This document shows positions 12,030 through 22,960 of a stretch of DNA of 33,024 nt, in pieces (the first letter of the stretch is position 1; the number at the start of each line of letters is the position of its first letter). The notes below the pieces were generated by a model. That model made no database searches. It saw only the letters and a program-made list of their open reading frames with translations, and was not told the origin of the DNA. This DNA comes from Octopus bimaculoides. Lineage: Eukaryota. The translations under genes were made by a program, and so were the position numbers. The DNA is taken from assembly GCF_001194135.2 (NCBI RefSeq), contig NC_068985.1, positions 118,629,266 to 118,662,289 of the forward strand, in the 5' to 3' direction.

Positions 12030-12641
12030 GTACTTCATACCTCAAAAGGCTTCACTATAAGAAGAAGCAAGGAGCAAATTTCATATTTGCACATTTTTTG
12101 ATTTACATTCAAATCGTGTGGTACCCATTTGTCAAGCTTTTTTGATTTTCCGATTGCATGCAAATGGTTTTCTGGCTAACTTGAAGTTCTTTTGCCAGTT
12201 CTCAAGTGGTTTTACGTGTTTCTTTCTCAATGACGGTTTCTAATTGACCGTCATCGCTGACACATGGGCATCCACTATGCTCACGATATTCAAGGTTAAG
12301 ATTTCCACTGCGAAATCGTTTAAACCATTTTCGAGCTGACCACTCACTGGTCATTTCCCCACCAAACGTTTTGCTGATATCATGAGTGGTTTCAGCTGCT
12401 TTACATCCTTTATTGAAGTTGAATAGCAAAATTGCTTGAATATCATGCTTTGACAGTTCCATTTCTAATGGAACAACAGTGATAAAAATGTCAATGTTAA
12501 TTTATTTATGCATTTGGGCAAGTCTATGTCTGTATCCTCAGACAATTGCAAAAAAATGTATTAAAAAATTCTAAAACTCTGCAAAAATCTAGTACAAGTT
12601 CTTCATGGTTCAAAACATTGCTTACTTTTTACTCAACCTGA
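12030..12641 (-). mobile_element. Decayed mariner transposon, 5' half (transposase pseudogene)
   Basis: ORF 12202-12462 (MELSKHDIQAILLFNFNKGCKAAETT...KWFKRFRSGNLNLE) is a mariner HTH domain; after a stop and frameshift comes IGKSKKLDKWVPHDL (WVPHEL motif); possible TIR end TCAGGTTGAG at ~12632-12641. Confidence 0.85.
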
Positions 12642-12649
12642 TATATATT

Positions 12650-12860
12650 TATGTGTGTCTATATTTGTTCCCACCACTACTTGATAACTGGTATTGGTTG
12701 CTTATATCTCTGTAACCTAGCAGCTCAGCAAAAATGATCGATAGAGTAAGCACCTGGCTTTAAAAAAAAATTTTTTTAAAGTACTGGGTTTGATTTGACT
12801 AAAAGTTCTTCAATATGGTGCTCCAGCATGGCTGCTGTCTAATGACTGAAATAAGTAACA
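12650..12860 (+). mobile_element. SINE-like repeat body and tail
   Basis: tactgggtttgatttgactaaaagttcttcaatatggtgctccagcatggctgctgtctaatgactgaaataag resembles a common octopus SINE tail recalled from memory. Confidence 0.5.
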
Positions 12861-13002
12861 AATCTGGCTTTTTGCCGCTGACACCACCAAAAGTGAACAA
12901 TATCAATGTTAATGGCATGAAGTTGTAAGGATCTTTTGGATATTGACTGATGAGGAATTAGCTATGAATTTTCTGTCTATTGTTTTTATTGAATTTTTTA
13001 AA

Positions 13003-13046
<44 letters not shown>

Positions 13047-13129
13047 CAAAAGAATATATTTAGAAATTAGCCAACATAACTGCAAAATCGTTTGTGTATT
13101 TATGCATGTTTAAATGCATGTATGTATGT

Positions 13130-14285
13130 AATATAATAATAATAATGAAATTATTGTATACAGTGCTCAGGTGCATTACAACTTGTCAAAAGTGTGCATA
13201 AAGCATATGCAGTATTGTACAAATGTCTGGAAAGTAAACAGTGTNNNNNNNNNNNNNNNNNNNNNNNNNNNNNNNNNNNNNNNNNNNNNNNNNNNNNNNN
13301 NNNNNNNNNNNNNNNNNNNNNNNNNNNNNNNNNNNNNNNNNNNNNNNNNNNNNNNNNNNNNNNNNNNNNNNNNNNNNNNNNNNNNNNNNNNNNNNNNNNN
13401 NNNNNNNNNNNNNNNNNNNNNNNNNNNNNNNNNNNNNNNNNNNNNNNNNNNNNNNNNNNNNNNNNNNNNNNNNNNNNNNNNNNNNNNNNNNNNNNNNNNN
13501 NNNNNNNNNNNNNNNNNNNNNNNNNNNNNNNNNNNNNNNNNNNNNNNNNNNNNNNNNNNNNNNNNNNNNNNNNNNNNNNNNNNNNNNNNNNNNNNNNNNN
13601 NNNNNNNNNNNNNNNNNNNNNNNNNNNNNNNNNNNNNNNNNNNNNNNNNNNNNNNNNNNNNNNNNNNNNNNNNNNNNNNNNNNNNNNNNNNNNNNNNNNN
13701 NNNNNNNNNNNNNNNNNNNNNNNNNNNNNNNNNNNNNNNNNNNNNNNNNNNNNNNNNNNNNNNNNCCGGAGATGCAAATTCCAGGTGAGGCCGCACTATA
13801 GCTATATAAAGCCTTATATAGATAACTGGAGAGCGGCTCACAAAGGACTTGGTAAGTGATGCCAAGACACCCTCAGCCTTCTTGGCATTTTTAGCAATGT
13901 GTTTTGTCCAACGCAAATCGCTGTCGACAATAATGTCCAGATCACGTTCACAAAAGATTTTTTGAGATTAGTGCTGTGGAGGGAGTAAGTAGACGCTAGG
14001 TTTTTCCTCCCAAAATGGATGGTGGTACATTTGTCCACAGCCAGCTTGAGTTGCCAATCCATGATCCGTTGTTGCATTGTGTCCAGGTCTGATTGCAATA
14101 AAGATCTATAGTGTACAGGATCTGTCCTTTTTATTTCGAGGTACAGCTTGATGTCATCTGCATATTTCAGTACTGTGGCGTATTCTTTAAGTTGGCATCT
14201 ATATCATTAATATATGCAACAAATAGAAGGGGGCCAAGAACAGACCCCTGTGGTACACCAGATGTCATCTCATGTGTGTACTCCC
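13130..14285 (-). mobile_element. CR1/L2-type LINE, 5'-truncated and frameshifted RT with 3' end and (ATT)n tail; interrupted by a gap
   Basis: SGVPQGSVLGPLLFVAYIND, KYADDIKLY (YADD at 14153-14164), QSDLD, KCTTIHFGRKN, KKAEGVLASLTKSF...LYIAIVRPHLEFAS; tail at ~13130-13150. Confidence 0.9.
13245..13766. other. Assembly gap (522 N)
   Basis: Run of N characters; source of the long poly-X ORFs. Confidence 1.
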
Positions 14286-14529
14286 ATTATCTGCTTTTTG
14301 CATTTTTTCAGTATAGTAAATAACATTTTATTTCATTATTTTCACTTTTCTTAATGACTACTTTAGAGTAAGATTTTATTTCAAATTTTTTTTTATTTTC
14401 ATTCATTTGGTCGGTTGTTTGTTTTATTAGATAAACCCTTCCTCCATTTACACTCCATTTCAAGTGTAAATGGAGTGTAAACTTCTCACTCCATTTACAG
14501 TTTACACATTTATACATGTGGAGGGAATT

Positions 14530-15320
14530 TTTTAATCACGAGTGCTGACTAGTGCGTGTGTGTGCAGTGCACGCGTCTGGTCTACTCTTTTAAGTTGCAC
14601 CACAAAAACCTTGCATATTTGTTCTTACCTGCTTCATTTGTGTATGTAAAATCCGTAAATTTCGAAGAAGAAAATGAGATCAACGTTGAAAAAGCAGTAT
14701 TAGTTATAATAGTCCATGTGTTTTTTTTTGGTTTTTTTTTTGGGGCAATCTTTCATTTTGACTCAAAGGCATGTACATGCAAAGAGACGAAATATTGCAA
14801 CATGCACGGAGCGGAGAAAAGGAAGAAATGTAAATTAATACTTACTGTTGATTAAAGGAAATGCGACAGAAAACATGAATGCTACAAATATGCTTTGTAT
14901 TTTTCATTCATTTTCAAAGAAAATCACGTGGAAGACGTATTAAATATTTGTTTTGCAAATATTCGATGATATTTTACAAGACAAACTGAAATCTTCATTA
15001 GATTTGTGCCCACTTTTTTTATTAAAATGTTACTTATCTTTTTTATTAAGAAAAAATAACAATTTCGAGGAATACATACATGAAAAGTTTTTTCTGTCAG
15101 TCGTCGCCGTTCATTTCAATGTCCGTGGCGAGTGGATGTTGGATAACATGTTTTCCCTATCAATTAATCCGACACTATTGAATAAATTTCTGTCAAATGT
15201 CTATTTTGCTTCTTAAATACACGGAAAATGTTAAAATTGTTTATTTAATATTTGGGAGCTCTGATGTCAACAGATTTTTCATTGGAGAAATGTTTTTTTA
15301 AAGGATCAGACTCGAGCAGA
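14530..15320. promoter_or_regulatory. CpG-enriched patch, candidate promoter / first-exon region
   Basis: About two dozen CpGs in ~0.8 kb by hand count versus about ten in the following 2.3 kb; minus-strand donors GTAAGT (14840-14845) and GTATGT (15074-15079). Confidence 0.35.
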
Positions 15321-16452
15321 AAATGTGCAAATAGAGTATTAAATGTATTATAATTTTGATACTACTGCCATGTTTTTATTTATAGTCAATGGATGACCTT
15401 TTAGGTTGATGTTTAGCCTACTAGAAATAGCAGTTTAAATACTAAAATTACACCTACTGTTAAAAAAAAAAAAAAACTGACTAGTAAAGTCCTAGATACA
15501 CTATATGTGAAAAACTCCAGTTCCCCTAAAAATCTACGACAAGATGATAATGACGATGACGCTAGGTCTCCCCAATCAGTACTGAACTAGGCCTCAACAT
15601 CAACTTACCCTTGTTCCATCTACCATCAACAAGGGATCATTTGCAGATGTCCCTTACTGTTTTGACAGCAACTGATGTTAACCTTCTCTAAATCTGTAAT
15701 ACAAAACTATCCATTTTAAATTGTTAATATTTAAGTGTAAGCTTTATAATTTTATGTAAGAAACTTTTGTTAAATTATATTCTAGACACTAGTATAATAA
15801 TAAAGAAGTTCAGGAATTTGTCTAAAACCCTCAAATTCCTAATTTATTATGAGTCGAAATAAAACACATTAGACAGAATATTTGATATAAGGTCAGACAA
15901 GTTACTTGGGGACCAATGCCACAAAGTTTGCAGAGCAACAATTCTTTTCAACCCAGACAAACTTCAATTATCAACCAATAGTGGTGAAGTTAAACACAAT
16001 TAATCAATTAAAAGCTGGATTAATAATTAAACACTGAAGTTTAAAATTTAAATATCCTTTTAATATTCTAGATCTCATTACATAATGATGAGTTATTTTT
16101 TAAAGCTTGCTAGTTTCAATTGTAAAAGAAACCTTAAAATAACTAATGTATTAAAGATCAGCTAGAAACAAAATTTTTATATATCTATATATGTAAGGGT
16201 TAGTGACAGAAAGGACATCCATTTCTAAAACAAATGAACAATTGACTCAGTAATATTTATTCACCTAACCCATGCTAGCATAGTAAAATAGACGTAAGAA
16301 TGAACGAATGTGCATCTCACACACACACCAAGATTTAAAATTCCATAATTTGCTATTTTAAAATGAATATATGTACCATGCAGGAATGAAATACTTTCCT
16401 TCTTATTTAACAGCCTAAATTAATTTGTTTATACATTTATACACACACACAC

Positions 16453-16514
<62 letters not shown>

Positions 16515-17612
16515 CAGATGTATATATACACACATATATATCTTATCCAAAGTGTACAGTATAATATATCCATTATGGCTGATCTTACCAATTGGTTTCA
16601 TGCTAGAGATTCAATGGAGTGTTAGGTAATAATCCAATGAAGTAACCTTGCACTCATCAGAGGTAGCTGATACAGAATGAAATTACCATATCGGCTGTAA
16701 TGGATATATAATACTGTATGCTTTGGATAATATACCCACTCTTTTGACAAATATATAAGTGCATTTTTTCCTGACTTATGGACTCTTAGACAACTTACAC
16801 ACACATATATTCATTCATTGAGGGATACTGCTTTCTACACATACAAGTATAGCCGCCTTTTCAAGTATCTTTCTGTTTCAGTTGCTCATACAATCAAGTA
16901 CATTAGGTACATATAAAAAGTTAATTATGAAAAGACATCCAGTCTCTGGATTCACAGACGTTACATAATAATAGATTATCCTCTCATTTAACTATCTGCA
17001 TAGACTCCCTTCAGCATGTCCCACAATTAGATTAAAACCTGTACAGTGCATTGTGGTTAATCATGTTTGTATCTGTGTCTCAAACTCATGTTTTTACATT
17101 TATATACAGTGGTGTGGGCAATTGGTGCAAATTGCATAAGAATTCCAATGGAAGTCCTAGGTTTGGGTTAAAATTTTCTTCATATTTTTTTCTTTAACAG
17201 AACAAGCTTTACTTTTCCACAACACCCTAAAATAGCAAAATTCTATCTTACATTTTGATCAACGTATCAAAATATTTTTCCTGAGTCTTCTAACCTTCAT
17301 TTTGGTCAATAGACATATGTATGCATATATATATGTATCAATATAAAATGAGTGTGCTTCTGAAAATTCTGTTTGCTGCCCTTGACAAAATGGCAAGAAC
17401 TCCACAAATTTTCAGTGGTTTTTAAGAAAGCCTGTTTGATTTTGTGCCAGTTTTGTTGTTGACTGTGCTTAAAATTTTTAGAATAAAATACTGAAGCTGT
17501 GGGGCCAAAATTTCAGCTTGTTTTGGAAAACCAAATTGTAAACTTGTGATTCTCACTGGATCAACAAATAGAAAGATATCTCACAGATTTTGATGCAGAG
17601 AGTAACAATTGG

Positions 17613-17618
17613 TTTATT
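17613..17618 (-). terminator. Candidate CCZ1 polyadenylation signal AATAAA
   Basis: Minus strand reads GAT TAA AATAAA cc; the hexamer abuts the stop codon and a U-rich tract follows ~40-55 nt downstream. Confidence 0.45.
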
Positions 17619-17674
17619 TTAATCCAAGAAAAATACACTGTTGAAGTGTGTGCTGCATAGTTTTTTTACTTCCT
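17619..17674 (-). CDS. CCZ1: CCZ1 last coding exon: (E)EVKKLCSTHFNSVFFLD*
   Basis: Acceptor tttcttatttacag; 56 nt; phase 1 matches the previous exon; near-identical to the human CCZ1 C-terminus EEVKKLCATQFNNIFFLD. Confidence 0.96.
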
Positions 17675-18814
17675 CTGTAAATAAGAAACAAGAGAAATTA
17701 AAAATCAAAAAATATGTTTTCACCATTTCAAAACATCAATATTTTTAAATAATAATTTTTTACTCAATAGATACATGTACATAGAAAAATCACACCCTCT
17801 GTTGAAGAACTTATCTCAGCTATGCCCAGCAGATAAGATGGCAAAAACACTGTTGCAAAGAACAGTTAGTGACACTCATTGCACCAGCTACTCTATTACA
17901 TAGGAATTCCTCAAGTGTAAAATGCTCTCTTTTTTATTTGGTAGCACAAAAAGGAATCTGTCAATGATTGGTATTTACTCATCTTTTGCTCCTCTGCATT
18001 GCAGGTGACAGTTATCAGGTTGAAGCAACCAGATTGACACTGGAGAACATGAGGTGTCCCAGATGAGTGACTTGCCCCCAATGAATAGGAAGAGAGCTAC
18101 CTCACCCAAACAACTAACTTCAGTTGAAGCCACCAGGTTCCAGTTGTGGGGGGAGGGGGGATCCAGCAGTATTGATGCCTCTTTTAATATCATTGCATGC
18201 AGTGTGTTGAGAAAAATGCCCAGCACTGTGATGATACAGGAAAGATGACTTTTTTGTTTTTAAAAACGTTTACCACTCCCTCCCTCCTTTCTATTATGCT
18301 CTCTTTTATCACTCTTGTTCCTATCATTTTCTTTTTTACTCTTCTCAACTCTTTAACCCTGGCTGTGCTGAGACAATGCAGAGAAGAGAAGACTCTCATT
18401 AGTCTTACAAGAGATGATACTACAACAGCATGCACTGATGAATTAATGAATGAAAAGAGACAAACATAAAGTAGAGAGGACATGTCAACCTCTTAATGCT
18501 AGTGCTATAATAAACTCCACCTATACATCCTGAAAAGTGGTTGGTAAGCAAATGGAGAAAATGTCAGCTAAAAAGGATGCTTTAGTCTTGTCAGGGACAA
18601 GACAATCCATTTATTCAGAACATGTACCTAGTATATTCTGCAAAATGGTCAAAGATAGGAGGTACATCCAAGAATAGAAACCATGTCAAAAATGCAAAAT
18701 ACAAGTGAGAAATGGTCCTTAGTCCATCTAGGAGGACAGTAACTTGGACTATAATAAATCCAACTCATGCTAACAGAGAACTGAGAGTATAAAATGATGA
18801 TAAAAATAAAGTTA

Positions 18815-19450
18815 TCACTCCTCTGTTATGGCTTGGAGAACAATAACAGGAGGGACTAAAATAAGTTTTGAGGAACACCTACTTTCACACTAAATACATC
18901 ACTGAGCTCATTGCCAACTGTAACTTACTGATGGTACACCTACATGGCTTGCACTGCTCTCACCAACCATTCCTCTATACCTAGTTTTTATGGAGACTAC
19001 TAGGCTACAGAGAGTGGTACCTATCAAAGGCTTTTTCAACACCAACAAATGCTATGTAGAGAGACTTCCTCTTAGTTGCAAACTTCTCTTGCAATTGTTT
19101 CACTAAGAAGAGAGCATCAGTAATAACTTGACCAGGCACAAATCAGAACTGCATTTCTTCTAAGCTGGTTCTGGTCTTAACCAGCTGTGCCAAGATTCTT
19201 TCTCTTACTTTTCTAACTGGATCCAACAGTTTGATACCTTTGTAGTTACTTCCCTCTGGAACATCTCCTTTCTATTTGTAGCAGTTGATTCTGCTACACC
19301 AGACACAGGGGTATGATAGCTCCCTGTATTGAGATAACTATGCAATTGACTCAAGTCTCACTTCATCAGGTAATTTCAACACCTCAACAATTATCCCTGC
19401 CAGCCTGGCAAATGTGTCTGCCTTCATTATGCTTAGTGGTAATTTCAACC
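18815..19450 (-). mobile_element. Old, heavily mutated RTE reverse-transcriptase fragment in the last CCZ1 intron
   Basis: NCYK*KGDVPEGSNYKGIKLLD...EEMQF*FVPGQVITDALFLVKQLQEKF...EKAFDRVP with stops and frameshifts; homologous to 32687-33024. Confidence 0.8.
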
Positions 19451-19869
19451 GTATAACTGTTCATTTCAATAGTTGTCAGGTCCACTTGGATTAGTCCTGC
19501 TTTCTACCACACATTTCCCACTTTCAATGACCTCTTGTAATACTTCCAAGCTTCTTTTCCCCCTCAGCATCAGTAAATTTTGAACACACTTTTCTCCAAC
19601 ATCTTAATTTACATGACACACTACTCTCTATCATTGTGATTAACTTTCCATCTTCACTATGTTATAGAGGTAAAGCCTAGCTGTCCAAGCTCATGCTCTC
19701 TAGTGGTAAAAGCCCACCGTTTCTTCATCATCATGCACAACATCTAGAGCCTCTCTATGCTTAACTGAGAATGGTTTCAGTTTCTATACCTTCCTCCTCT
19801 AGACTATCGTTTGTCACTTTCATCATCTGACACAAGATCCCCTCCTCAAATGCCTCCAGCCCTCTCAAA

Positions 19870-20183
19870 ATTCCTTGTCTTGCAAGTTACTTGGTGACCC
19901 TGCCAGTGCTGGTGCTACAAAAAGCAACCAGTCCACACTGTAAAGTGGTTGGCATTTGGAAGGGCACCCAGCTGAAAATAATCTAGCCAAAACTAGCCTT
20001 GCCTGTGCTAGTGCCATGTAAAAAGCTCTGTCCACTCTGCAGAGAGGTTGGTGTTAGGATGGACATTCAGCTGTAAAAACCCTGTCAAAACAGACACAAT
20101 AGCCTGGGGTAGTCTTCTACCTGGCTGGTTTCTGTCAACCTTCCTACCCATGCATGCATGGAAGATGGACGTTAAATGATGAT
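19870..20183 (+). mobile_element. RTE-type 3' end / derived short element, older subfamily
   Basis: ...ggttggtgttaggatggacattcagctgtaaaaac...cccatgcatgcatggaagatggacgttaaatgatgat tail. Confidence 0.75.
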
Positions 20184-20197
20184 ATATTTATATATAT

Positions 20198-20530
20198 ATC
20201 ATCATCATCGTTTAACGTCCGCTTTCCATGCTAGCATGGGTTGGACGATTTGACTGAGGACTGGTGAAACCGGATGGCAACACCAGGCTCCAATCTAAAT
20301 TTGGCAGAGTTTCTACAGCTGGATGCCCTTCCTAACGCCAACCACTCAGAGAGTGTAGTAGGTGCTTTTACGTGTCACCTGCACGAAGGCCAGTCAGGCG
20401 ATACTGGCAACAGCCACGCTCAAAATGGTGTCTTTTATGTGCCACCCGCACAAGCCAGTCCAGGGGCACTGGCAACGATCTCGCTCGAAAATCCTACGGG
20501 AGCCAGTCAGGCGGTACTGGCAACGGCCAT
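20198..20530 (-). mobile_element. RTE-type 3' end / derived short element, young subfamily
   Basis: Minus strand ends cccatgctagcatggaaagcggacgttaaacgatgatgat; CpGs retained; very similar to 30796-31130. Confidence 0.8.
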
Positions 20531-20944
20531 ATATATATCGATATGTAAGGGTAAAATCCAGGGTTCCAAGTGTAGGAAGTTTGTAAGCTTCAAGCAGTCT
20601 GTGGCAGGTACAGAAAACAAAAAGTGGACTGTGTATGTTCAGGAACAATAAACATTTTATTGGCATTAAATAAACCAACCAGTCTGCATAGTGGACTCAG
20701 TGCTTTTTGAAGTTAGGAAATTCGATAAGCTTAAGATTTCTGTATAGCTCACAGTTAGCAACTAGAGTTGCTGTGAATGCAAATAAAAATGCAAATTAAG
20801 GGATTGGAACAAGTAAAATGCAGGCTACATATGTTTCCTAGCTAGCAGATCCTCTGATGTAATAATTACCCAATGAGGGGTACTCAGCAGGCTGAGGATA
20901 TCTTAATTAGCTTTCATTTTTCCATTCCCATGTCTTCCACACTG

Positions 20945-21430
20945 TTAGTGTTTGAAGGATAAATAATACAGAATGGGACAAAGACGCAAAACATCCAGAC
21001 AGTTAGGTGATACAAGAAAGGGACAAAACATACAGACAGACGATACAAAGAAAACACGGACAGGTCATTCGGAGTTTTCTCTCTTCAGTCGAGATCCAGA
21101 TTATCCTTGCAATTTTGGCTGGTTATTCTCGATATTGCTCCAATCTGGCCAGCCCCAAGGAAAAACTAAGCTAAGAGCATTAGATTCCTTGGAAGAAAGC
21201 AGCGAATGTATACAAAAACAAGGACAGAAAAAAACGAACAATGTTACACAAATACAGTAGGAATAATAACAGGACATAACAACAGACGTCTTTTGACTAA
21301 GGAAGAATTAAATTAAGCTGGCGTATGCGGAAATAAAGCCTTACGGCAGGGATAAAAGATTTCACAGGCACAGGGAGGAATAATGATGTTGCACGCACAA
21401 CGGCCGGCCAAGAAAGAAAGATCACGCTTA
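20945..21430. repeat. Young interspersed repeat of uncertain class
   Basis: CpG-retaining block distinct from the flanking intron; resembles an octopus repeat recalled from memory; no protein homology recognised. Confidence 0.4.
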
Positions 21431-22158
21431 AACCCACAACTTAACAATCCTAAGTCCAACATTTCAAAATACTATTCCACATACATACTGTGCATGGCAT
21501 AGTAAGCTTGAGATGTGAGCTGAAATTCAATTTCATATAATATTCTTATTACTTTAAAAAACAAACCAAACTCATTAGAGAAAAATGAAAAAAAAAAAAA
21601 AATTAATGTTTGAAAAGAAGAACTGTTGCAATAATGATGATAGTTAGGGTAAAACTTAAAATGAAAATAAATTTAAATAAAGTATTTTCACTTGCATTTC
21701 ATTTCATGCATAACTTTTCAATTTTCAGTTTTATGTGTTTATATTTAATTCTTCCTTCTGATTTCAATAAATGAAAATACTAGTTTTTTTTTATCTGTTT
21801 TAAACTTAAAAAAGAAAAAGGCATTAATAACACAAACTTTGATCACAATTCATATTGTGGAATGGAGTTATACCCTTGGACAACTTATAACCATGTTTGC
21901 TTCAACTTGCTTGGCTGACAAACAAATTGCAATGCTATTTCATGGTTGAGTAGTTAACAGCAGAAAGAGCAGCCAGCTATAAAAATATACAACTGTTCAG
22001 TTTTACAAATCTCTTCCCTCTTTCCTCTGCTCCCTGCTAGCCACTTCATCCCAAAACTATTCATGTTGGCATGGAATTAAAAAAAAAATGGATATACAAT
22101 ACAAAGAACCAGTTTTACAAGAGTGAATGACCAAACAAACACAATATCTAGAACATAC

Positions 22159-22286
22159 CATTGATTTCAATGAGATTGGCATTTTTCTGGTTAATAACCA
22201 CATAGAATTCTCGATGGTCAGATTTTTTCCCTACAACCCAAGAGTCATTCAAAGTTTTCACAATGGTTTCTGCATCATCTTCGCAC
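22159..22286 (-). CDS. CCZ1: CCZ1 penultimate coding exon: (K)CEDDAETIVKTLNDSWVVGKKSDHREFYVVINQKNANLIEIN
   Basis: Acceptor tttttgttcacag, donor gtatgt; 128 nt; matches human DEEIIVKAMSDYWVVGKKSD.RELYVILNQKNANLIEVN. Confidence 0.97.
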
Positions 22287-22717
22287 CTGTGAACAAAAAC
22301 AGAGACACCAAGAATTTATGCATTGGTTCTGTTGAATCCTGTTGGCAAAGAGTTAAAAACGGACCACAGTTAAGTTAATATGCATTAACATGAATTATGT
22401 ATAATAAATTGCATTTTATTAATGAGTCGAAAATAGTTCACATCTGAAGGCAACATACTGTGATGCTCTTTTACTACAGTCCTCAAAAGGTTAATAGTTT
22501 TGTAATCTATAGCCACAGACAGTCCTGTATAATAGCTACTACTGTCAGTACTGTGTAATAAGGTAAAGGGTAAAGACACTCTTCAGTCATTAATGATCAT
22601 GGGATTGCACCTAGAAAGTTACCTGTCAAAAGCACAATCCAGGTAAGGTTGTTTATGAAAGACCAGCAGTCTCCCATGAGAACCCCTGAAGCCCATGCTA
22701 GAATGAAAAAACAAATA

Positions 22718-22960
22718 TCTATATATATAAAACTGAGAATGTATGTGTGAATCCCCAAAGAACTACCCAACTGATTTCATTCAAATTTTACACATGCATT
22801 ACTTAGGGTCCATGGAGTGTCATGGGCCCCAAAAATTTTCAACTTCTTGCCTATGCAGCCCCGGAACAATCTTTTACACTGGTTCGGTATTACGTGTCAA
22901 AAGTGAATATTGTTTCACTTTTAATTCTAATGTGACAGGACTATAATATTGTTTCACTCT
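22718..22960 (+). mobile_element. Probable non-autonomous Helitron 5' portion
   Basis: Starts A|TCTATATATATAAAACTGAG followed by a TG-rich stretch, typical of Helitron-N 5' ends; no clear 3' hairpin plus CTRR found. Confidence 0.45.

Noticed and set aside
13151-13916. Longest ORFs in the track (186-246 aa)
   Set aside because: Artefacts of the N gap; the real residues belong to the CR1/L2 LINE
15609-15693. Minus-strand segment with a good acceptor (ttttgtattacag) and a perfect AG|gtaagt donor
   Set aside because: Stops in all three frames, so not a coding exon; it could only be non-coding and there is no independent support
20274-20678. 125-aa and overlapping ORFs
   Set aside because: They lie in the non-coding 3' end of an RTE-type repeat, and the sister copy at 30.8-31.1 kb does not preserve the long frame
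21055-21092. Second hammerhead-like string on the minus strand (CTGAAGA-GAG-AAAA-CTC-CGAATGACCTGTC)
   Set aside because: It has an extra C before GAA, U instead of A15.1 and no stem I pairing around any cleavage triplet, so it is not a supportable hammerhead
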